This document shows positions 19,158-26,352 of a stretch of 64,000 nt of DNA, in pieces (position 1 is the stretch's first letter; each line of letters begins with the position of its first letter). The notes beneath the pieces were generated by a model. It searched no databases. It was not told where the DNA came from and worked only from the letters and a program-made list of their open reading frames with translations. Position numbers and translations under genes: made by a program. Source of the DNA: a virus; the IMG/VR virus record IMGVR_UViG_3300027969_000044, positions 32,001-96,000 of that record; one strand, 5' to 3'.

Positions 19158-22100
19158 ATGCTATTAAATGAATTTTTTAAAAGATCATTAACCGAGGGCG
19201 GAAATCTTGCCATTGGTCAAGATCAAGCGCAAAGCATTGATTTAAAAGTACACAACAGAGCTTTTATAGTTCCTATACTTACAAAACTATTATACGGAAT
19301 TAACGATGGGTTTGCCGCAGTTAATCAAAAGCCATTGTGGAATCCCGCCCTATTACAAAAGGGAGAATTCCTAAGCGGCTCTAGTTTACATTTCTTCAAC
19401 ACAAAGATTCCCGACGAGCAATTTGAAAAAGTTAAACCTAAAGTAGGCGACATTGACACACAAGTTGATAAGTTAATGGAGAAAGAACTAGAAGGATGGT
19501 TAAACTCTGTTAAGGGTAAACTTATTGGCGGAGGTAAGTTAATTGGCTTTGAGAGAGGCAACGAGCAATACAGTAGTCTATGGGAATTACAAGACCCTCC
19601 TATTAAAATACAAATTGACTTAGAGTTTGTTGCGTTTGACAAAGAAGAACCAACAGCATGGAGTAAATTTAGTCACTCAAGTGATTGGGAAGATATACAA
19701 GCAGGTGTCAAAGGTGTATTCCACAAATGGTTGATACAGTCATTTACAGATCTAACTACTCGTGATTTCTTATTGCGTAAACTAGTAGGTCGCGGCAAAG
19801 CCCGTGTTGAGCAAGATGTACCTGCCAATGACAACTTATTATCCTTTGCTGTTAGCAGTAAAGAAGGTGGCGGACTACGTCCTAAGTACGAGCCAGTGAC
19901 AGACGAAGCTGGACAGCCGTTAATTGTAGACGGGCTACCTGTTATGCGAGCATTGCCTCCTGCGGGATACGAACAAGACATTGGTAAGATATTTGCTCTA
20001 ATCTTTGGAGACAGAATTGATCCTAAGAAAGCAAAACAACTAAGCACTAAGTTTTGGTCATTTACTGGCTTGCTAGATGTAATGACACAGGTGTTAAGTC
20101 CTGAAGAACAACAACAAGTTGTACAGGCATTTATACATAAACTGTATGACAAGGGCGCACAAGGTCTTTATAAAAATGATCCAGAACGTGATGCCGAAGA
20201 AAAAGATGCCGCTATGGCCAAGATGCTTGAAGTATTAAAAATAGCGCCTCCTCCAGAACTAGCACAGATGAAGCAGTCATATCAAGCAAATTACAGAATG
20301 ACTACAAATGAAAGCCTGCGTGAAGCTGAAGAACCAGCACCAGTTAAGGCACAGCTACGCAAAGGTATGCCACACTTACACGATCTAAAGGCTCCTGATT
20401 TTTTAGACCTATTAGATGAGATTCACGACGGCAACGGTAACTTCAAGTTACAAAACGTTCCATTAAATGTCAAAGTAGACGGCTTTGGTGGACGATTTGG
20501 TAAAGATGCTAACGGTAAACCATTCATGGGTACTAGCCGAACAGAGCCACGTTACGAAGCCAGCTTTGTCAAGTATCATCAACAAAAGGGCACAACAGAT
20601 CCAGAGATCTTAGGTCGTGCTCAAATGTTTGACGACTTGTTTAAAGAAATGATGAACGCTATTAAACTAGTCGATGGCAAACTAGGCCCAGACTTTTTAA
20701 TCAACAAACAAGTAACTTGTGAAGTATTGTTCTTACCATTTGCTACACAAACTGACGAAGGTCGTTTAAAGTTTGTGGGCATTGAATACGATCAACTACC
20801 ACAAGGTGTACAACTGGCACTAGTTCCATTTCATGCTGTAGAAGCAGATAGTGGAGAGCCTGTTGAAGATCCAGAATTTATTGATAGCTTACTTGAAGTA
20901 GGTAATCAAGGTAGTGTTATGTTTATTAACAATAGACTAGCACAGAAAGAAGGACTTGACGTTACAGAAATTATCAATGTATTAGATAACATTGAAGAAC
21001 TAAAACAAATTGTATCTGATACAGCAGGCAAGCGTGACCGCGCTAGTCTACAGTTAAAGAAAGAAGTAGAAGAAAAACTACAACCTATTAAAGATCAATT
21101 AGAGCAAGCAATTATTAAAGATCCTAACATTATTGGAAAAGATATGTTAGGTAAAGACTATGAAGGCATTGTTATTAACAGTCGTCTCGGTCCTATCAAA
21201 ATTACCAGTCAAGAACAGCGTGATGTTATCAGTGCCAAGTTAGATGCTAAGAAAAATGCTCGCACAGAACGTCCCCGTGATAATCAAAACAAGACAGCAG
21301 TAGTTGCCATTGGTAGCTTTGTTGGACACAAGGGTCATCAAGAACTTTGGCAGTATACACAACAAGAAGCCCAAACACTGGGCGGCGATCCGTATTTGTT
21401 CATCGGTAATGCCGAAGGCAAAGACGATCCTATTCCTGTTCCCGACAAACTTAAAACATGGCACATGTTGTATCCGCAGTTTGCCAAAAACATCAGCGCG
21501 GTTACGCACGAAGGTGGAAGCATTATGCAGAAGATTAAACACGAGTTGATTAATCCTTTACCAGGCAAGCCTCCACGTTACGACAATATTGTTATTATGG
21601 TTGGCGAAGATCGTAAAGACTTACCGTTAGGTAAAGCTCTAATGAAAGCTGTTAATAAGTTTCCAGGATACGAGCACGTTAAAGTAGACTTAAAAGTTAC
21701 TCCACGTGGTCAAGGAGTAAGCGGCACTGCTCTTAGAAATATTCTAAAGACAGGCAACCCTAACCAACAATACACATTCTGGAATGACACATTTAACGGT
21801 GGCAAGTTTGGATCACAACAATTAACTCCAGAATGGATTAAACACCTAATGGATGTAACCAAGAAAGGTATGGGCATTACTACCCCTTCAGTTACAGCAC
21901 CAATTAAGAAACAGGAACAACCAACTATGGCTAAACCTCAACAACCAGTACAGCAACAGCAACCAGAGCAAGAGCCGTTAGCTGAAAGTATCCGTAGAGA
22001 AATTATGATTACTCGAGCAGAGATTGCTTGGCAGAAAGAATTGTCGGAAGCAAGGATGAGTGCTGCCGTTAAACTTCAACGAGCCTTTGATAGAGAGCGT

Positions 22101-23633
22101 TCTAAGAGTGACGCTAGTCGTCAACGTGCTGACGCGGCCAAGGCAGCGTTTGAGAAAGAGTGGAAAGCTAAACAAGAAAAAGAAAAGCAAGGTGTGGCAG
22201 AAGATTTAGAAACAGGACATGTGCAAATGCTTTTACATAAAGCATTACAGGCACGCAGAGAAGGCAAACCATTGCAAAGTGTAATGCGTAAAGAAGAAAT
22301 TGCATTATTATCTATGTTGCAAGGAAGTGGAAAACTACAAGGTATGGTTAAAAATAAAAGTGTAGGCGAGGCGCCAATTGAAATGGATCCTGCAGAACCA
22401 ATGAATCCTACAATCTACGGACATCAAGGAGTTAACTCTGCCGAATTAAAAACTCGCATGATGCGAGCTCAAGGACAATTAGCAGACCTGGCAAAGAGAG
22501 CACAAAACGCTAGCCCAATTGAATGGGAAATAATTACACGTAATTTTAAAGAGTTGTCAATGAACATTGAACAGATTCGTCACGCACTAGAAGAACTAGC
22601 TAAAGTTCGCAAGCGTGGTGGGATTCGATCTAGAGGCATTGATAAAAATATTGGTGAGCAAGGTGTGGCGGAAGGCTTATTAGACCCTTCTAAAAGAACT
22701 CAGCTTATTCGTTTCCTAGCAAAGAAAATGGATTGGGAAGTTAACTATCTCGAACTTGCTACTGATCATGAACTTATCAAATGGTACAAAAAAGTACAAG
22801 CCGGTCAAGATCCAATGAAGGAAGATTCGGTAAATGAATTAGTTGGTTATAAAAGCGATAAAAATTATCTAGCGGTAGGTACCCATAAACGATACGATGT
22901 ATATGTGGGTAAAAAGAAGTTTAATAATTTATACTTTATTGCAATTGCAGAAAATCCAAGAACATTAGATGCTAAATTTAAAGCCAAGGGCAATACTCCA
23001 CAAGAGGCAGTAAATAATTTAAAATTAGAAATTGATAAAGAAATTGATGTTGCTACCAAAGTTAGTGGTGCGGCTATATTAGATTTTAATGTAGATTTTG
23101 TAAAAGAAATATTAGAAATGAGTATTGATACGTTTTACGCTAAAATTATTTCAGGTCCTAAATTAGTAATAGCAGGTAGAGAAATGATGGAATACCCTGA
23201 TATTATGAAAAGTGAAGGGTTTAAACCTAGTACCATTAGAACTTACAAAGGCGGAGAAGGTACTACTAAACTACCCGGAGTACCATTAAGCGCCGGAGCG
23301 GCTGCGGCTGCAAGTCTTATTGCCAACGGTAGATATGTATTAGGCGCAGAAACTACAGATAAAGACGGTAACAGAGTATTCAATTTAGAATTTGATAGCG
23401 TTGTTCAAGCATCAAACGATAAAATGAGATTAAGAGCACCTGCGGTTACTGTAGGAACTAATAGATCACAAGGTGTTGCGGAGGCCGGTAAGATTAAGGG
23501 CGCTGACGGTAAAGCCTGTTGGAAAGGTTATAAGTACGCAGGTACTAAGAACGGTAAAGACAAGTGTGTTCCAGTTAGCGAAGATGCGGAACAACTAATG
23601 GCAGGTTTTATTAAGTTGTTGGAATCAAAGTAA
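19158..23633 (+). CDS. Large multidomain protein: Pol-beta-like NTase + ligase-like KxDG domain + HxGH nucleotidyltransferase + modular C-terminal cargo; candidate internal head polyprotein
   Basis: LSGS...GDID...QIDL; NVKVDG...EGIV...IKI; GHKGH...VGEDR...SGTALR; QGVAE three times; CWKGY...CVP terminal module. Confidence 0.7.
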   Translation: MLLNEFFKRSLTEGGNLAIGQDQAQSIDLKVHNRAFIVPILTKLLYGINDGFAAVNQKPLWNPALLQKGEFLSGSSLHFFNTKIPDEQFEKVKPKVGDIDTQVDKLMEKELEGWLNSVKGKLIGGGKLIGFERGNEQYSSLWELQDPPIKIQIDLEFVAFDKEEPTAWSKFSHSSDWEDIQAGVKGVFHKWLIQSFTDLTTRDFLLRKLVGRGKARVEQDVPANDNLLSFAVSSKEGGGLRPKYEPVTDEAGQPLIVDGLPVMRALPPAGYEQDIGKIFALIFGDRIDPKKAKQLSTKFWSFTGLLDVMTQVLSPEEQQQVVQAFIHKLYDKGAQGLYKNDPERDAEEKDAAMAKMLEVLKIAPPPELAQMKQSYQANYRMTTNESLREAEEPAPVKAQLRKGMPHLHDLKAPDFLDLLDEIHDGNGNFKLQNVPLNVKVDGFGGRFGKDANGKPFMGTSRTEPRYEASFVKYHQQKGTTDPEILGRAQMFDDLFKEMMNAIKLVDGKLGPDFLINKQVTCEVLFLPFATQTDEGRLKFVGIEYDQLPQGVQLALVPFHAVEADSGEPVEDPEFIDSLLEVGNQGSVMFINNRLAQKEGLDVTEIINVLDNIEELKQIVSDTAGKRDRASLQLKKEVEEKLQPIKDQLEQAIIKDPNIIGKDMLGKDYEGIVINSRLGPIKITSQEQRDVISAKLDAKKNARTERPRDNQNKTAVVAIGSFVGHKGHQELWQYTQQEAQTLGGDPYLFIGNAEGKDDPIPVPDKLKTWHMLYPQFAKNISAVTHEGGSIMQKIKHELINPLPGKPPRYDNIVIMVGEDRKDLPLGKALMKAVNKFPGYEHVKVDLKVTPRGQGVSGTALRNILKTGNPNQQYTFWNDTFNGGKFGSQQLTPEWIKHLMDVTKKGMGITTPSVTAPIKKQEQPTMAKPQQPVQQQQPEQEPLAESIRREIMITRAEIAWQKELSEARMSAAVKLQRAFDRERSKSDASRQRADAAKAAFEKEWKAKQEKEKQGVAEDLETGHVQMLLHKALQARREGKPLQSVMRKEEIALLSMLQGSGKLQGMVKNKSVGEAPIEMDPAEPMNPTIYGHQGVNSAELKTRMMRAQGQLADLAKRAQNASPIEWEIITRNFKELSMNIEQIRHALEELAKVRKRGGIRSRGIDKNIGEQGVAEGLLDPSKRTQLIRFLAKKMDWEVNYLELATDHELIKWYKKVQAGQDPMKEDSVNELVGYKSDKNYLAVGTHKRYDVYVGKKKFNNLYFIAIAENPRTLDAKFKAKGNTPQEAVNNLKLEIDKEIDVATKVSGAAILDFNVDFVKEILEMSIDTFYAKIISGPKLVIAGREMMEYPDIMKSEGFKPSTIRTYKGGEGTTKLPGVPLSAGAAAAASLIANGRYVLGAETTDKDGNRVFNLEFDSVVQASNDKMRLRAPAVTVGTNRSQGVAEAGKIKGADGKACWKGYKYAGTKNGKDKCVPVSEDAEQLMAGFIKLLESK

Positions 23634-24040
23634 TGCTATTAACACAGCTATTTGAATCAGCAACTAATGACGCAACCCTAATGGATATGTTGCCTACGTT
23701 CTTACCTTTAGCTTTAGAAATTTTAGAATTACGCAACGTGCCTAATATTAAATTAGAAAAGTTTATTGACGACGAAGTACAACCTACATTTGGTAAATTT
23801 GTCAGTGATGAGAACATAATTTACTTAGGAATTGCCAACAGACACCCTGTAGATATTTTACGTACACTGGCACACGAAATGGTACATTATAAACAAAACA
23901 TAGAGCACGATCTAGATAGCGAATCAGGTCGCACAGGAAGTCCTCAAGAAAATCAAGCACATGAAATTGCCGGAGTTATTATGCGAGAGTTTAATAAAGC
24001 AAATCCAGAATTCCTAAAAGCTAGGCCATTAGAGTTTTAA
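23633..24040 (+). CDS. Small HExxH zinc metallopeptidase-like protein
   Basis: LRTLAHEMVHYKQ followed by ENQA; N-terminus MLLTQLFE. Confidence 0.75.
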   Translation: MLLTQLFESATNDATLMDMLPTFLPLALEILELRNVPNIKLEKFIDDEVQPTFGKFVSDENIIYLGIANRHPVDILRTLAHEMVHYKQNIEHDLDSESGRTGSPQENQAHEIAGVIMREFNKANPEFLKARPLEF

Positions 24041-24051
24041 TAAATACCCAT

Positions 24052-24435
24052 ATGAGAGCAAACGAATTTATTTCTGAAAATCGCAAAGCAGGCAAAGTAA
24101 AGAAACGTGCCGCGGCTGTACAGCAAGGCATTAGAAAGTCTCGCGATGTTGGCGGATATGATCGTGTAAATCACATGAATCGTTTGTGGATGGCAACTGC
24201 TATGGCAGACGGCCAAAGTAAAAAAGGTGTAGATATGGATAGTTACAGTTGGATGGAAAAATACAACACACAACATCCATATACACAAGAAGAATACAAT
24301 ATGTTCAGGCAAGCAGAAAATACTGTCCCAACGGATAGTAAAGAAGTTACACCATGGACAAAGAGTGTAGAGCCAGAAGATACTTATAAAGTAAGTCCGT
24401 CCTCTACATGGAATGTTAAGAAGAAAAAGAAATGA
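24052..24435 (+). CDS. Candidate capsid-internal protein
   Basis: N-terminus MRANEFISE; basic; TAAATA 5 nt before the ATG. Confidence 0.65.
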   Translation: MRANEFISENRKAGKVKKRAAAVQQGIRKSRDVGGYDRVNHMNRLWMATAMADGQSKKGVDMDSYSWMEKYNTQHPYTQEEYNMFRQAENTVPTDSKEVTPWTKSVEPEDTYKVSPSSTWNVKKKKK

Positions 24436-24608
24436 AGATTAGAGAATTATTAGAAGCGGCAAGTAGCGGAGCAACTGGCTCCGGTTCTATTGCGACCGTA
24501 ACTAATCCTGGTGGGAAACCAGCTAGTCAAGTAGGATCTCTGTTTGGTGGTACTTACGGAGAATCTAAAAAAACTAAACCTAAAAAATTTATTAAGAGAC
24601 CGCAATGA
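24432..24608 (+). CDS. Small candidate capsid-internal protein (58 aa, below the ORF-track cutoff)
   Basis: MKIRELLEAASSGATGSGSIATV...KKFIKRPQ*; ATGA overlaps with both neighbours. Confidence 0.7.
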   Translation: MKIRELLEAASSGATGSGSIATVTNPGGKPASQVGSLFGGTYGESKKTKPKKFIKRPQ

Positions 24609-25645
24609 CTAAAAAAATAAAAGAAATTAGTACAGGTGACTATTACTCTAAAGCACACAAGGGGAAAATTTCTGCAGCATCTAAAATGATGTTTGCTGAT
24701 CCTGCTAAGCCAGAAGTACAAAAAGCAATGCGTGACTTTAAGAATAGAGACGCAGGAATGAAACGTGTTTCAGCAAGAAATCAAAAAGCCAGACAGACAA
24801 CTGCTGATAAGAACCGTCAGGGTGCCCTTGCAGCCGATAAAGAAAATCTTCCAGCGTTAATGGCACAGTTTCAAAAGCTAAGAGGTCAGTATGATCCTAA
24901 TTTTGAATACAGTGACGATCACAGTTTTTGGTCAAAGCAAAAAGATATCCAGCAACAATTAAGTGCGTTACAAAAACGTATTAACGATGCTGGTGGAAAA
25001 GTATCAGAGGGAACTAATCCCGAGTATGACGACGAAGCAGGTATGTCTGATAATAATCTAGAAACACTGAGAAGAACAATCGACGGCATAGATGGTTTGA
25101 TTAAGCCCGGTGATAATTTACCAGAATGGTGTCAGGAAAAAATTGCTGTTGCCAAATCTATGTTAGTAGCAGTATGGGACTACATGCAGTCCGAACAGGA
25201 AAGAGGCGCAATGGAAGGTGTTGGCGATTTAGGATATGACGCACAATCTTTAATAATGAAACTGCGACGAGATGTTGAAGAAAAAAGATTACAACCAACT
25301 CCGCAAGCAGTATTAGCGGCCGCATCAGAATTAGCAGGAGATATGAAATTTGCTCCTCAACTACTAGTTCAACAAGTCTTGGGCAAGGGTGTAGCAGAAG
25401 GCGGTGTTAAAGAATGGAAAAAGGGAGTCAAGGCTCCGGTTAAACCACGTAACTTTGTAGCCAAAAATGCGTCAACTGGCGGTGCTGGCGCACATAAAGA
25501 TAAAAAGAAAGATGCTAAACAAGGAAAAGCCAAGCATAAAAAAACTCCAGAGTTAGCCGAAACAGCAACATATGATCGTAGATTAAATGTATTATTAGAA
25601 GCGAAAATGCTAACTAGCCAAATTAGAGATTATAGAAAGAAATAA
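24605..25645 (+). CDS. Modular candidate capsid-internal protein
   Basis: Segments separated by IKE, VSE, AME, KGVAE, LAE and LLE; contains an LPEWCQEKI...DYM module. Confidence 0.65.
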   Translation: MTKKIKEISTGDYYSKAHKGKISAASKMMFADPAKPEVQKAMRDFKNRDAGMKRVSARNQKARQTTADKNRQGALAADKENLPALMAQFQKLRGQYDPNFEYSDDHSFWSKQKDIQQQLSALQKRINDAGGKVSEGTNPEYDDEAGMSDNNLETLRRTIDGIDGLIKPGDNLPEWCQEKIAVAKSMLVAVWDYMQSEQERGAMEGVGDLGYDAQSLIMKLRRDVEEKRLQPTPQAVLAAASELAGDMKFAPQLLVQQVLGKGVAEGGVKEWKKGVKAPVKPRNFVAKNASTGGAGAHKDKKKDAKQGKAKHKKTPELAETATYDRRLNVLLEAKMLTSQIRDYRKK

Positions 25646-25657
25646 ATCATAAAAGAC

Positions 25658-25707
25658 TTGACTTCTCCTGTGTACATCTATATACTATAGAACACAGGAG
25701 ATTTTTT
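25658..25707 (+). promoter_or_regulatory. Sigma70 promoter TTGACT-N17-TATACT inside a terminator hairpin that also covers the SD
   Basis: -35 at 25658-25663, -10 at 25681-25686; arms TCTCCTGTGT (25664-25673) / ACACAGGAGA (25692-25701), then T6 and ATG. Confidence 0.8.
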
Positions 25708-25977
25708 ATGAGCAAAGCATTTGGCGCCCCAGAACAAGCAAAGATTAAACAGATTGTTTCAGAGGGCATGACAGTTATGCAAGAAATTCAAGACCTAACA
25801 GAAGGCTTGAACGAAACAATTAAAGCTGTCGCAGAAGAACTAGAAGTTAAACCTAGCGTGATCAAAAAAGCGATTAAAATTGCGCTTAAAGATCAATGGG
25901 ATCAAGTATTCCGCGAGTTTGACGATTTGGAAACTATTGTTGATATTAGTGGTCATAGCTTCCGCAAGGAAGATTAA
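25708..25977 (+). CDS. Small dsDNA-binding protein (T4 DsbA / GapR-like)
   Basis: Coiled coil followed by IKAVAEELEVKPSVIKKAIK, typical of this fold; 89 aa. Confidence 0.55.
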   Translation: MSKAFGAPEQAKIKQIVSEGMTVMQEIQDLTEGLNETIKAVAEELEVKPSVIKKAIKIALKDQWDQVFREFDDLETIVDISGHSFRKED

Positions 25978-26273
25978 TGTTAGGAACAATCTTTGAACCA
26001 ACTATACAGTGGATAAAAGATGATTGGAGTTCTAATAAGCCTCGCTTTATTATTGAGCTCCTTGCTTGGGCTGTGTCTATTGGCTGTAGTATCACAATGG
26101 CAGTCACAGTCCCTAATCCTCCTCTTCTCGTATTATATCCTATCTGGATTAGTGGCTGTGCTATGTATGCTTGGGCTTCATGGACTAGGAAGAGCTTCGG
26201 TATGCTGGCTAATTACATCTTGCTAACAACCATTGACACAATCGGACTCATGAGAATGTTGTTCTGGCAATAA
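25977..26273 (+). CDS. Small membrane protein
   Basis: About three hydrophobic segments. Confidence 0.7.
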   Translation: MLGTIFEPTIQWIKDDWSSNKPRFIIELLAWAVSIGCSITMAVTVPNPPLLVLYPIWISGCAMYAWASWTRKSFGMLANYILLTTIDTIGLMRMLFWQ

Positions 26274-26288
26274 TAAATAATATTGAGA

Positions 26289-26347
26289 AAGGTTCAGTCA
26301 GCCACAAATGACTAAGATAGAAGGTTGCCGGCCATAAGCGGTAGGAG
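26289..26347 (+). promoter_or_regulatory. Tandem RNA hairpins in the DNA polymerase leader (candidate translational operator)
   Basis: AGTCA-GCCACAAA-TGACT and TGCCG-GCCATAAG-CGGTA, each preceded by AAGGT(T), 30 nt apart; the second abuts SD AGGAG. Confidence 0.6.
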
Positions 26348-26352
26348 AGATT

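Noticed and set aside
26285-26320. preQ1-I riboswitch suggested by AGGTTC upstream of polB
   Set aside because: There is no complementary strand to close P1 and no A-rich tail; the twin-hairpin reading fits better.
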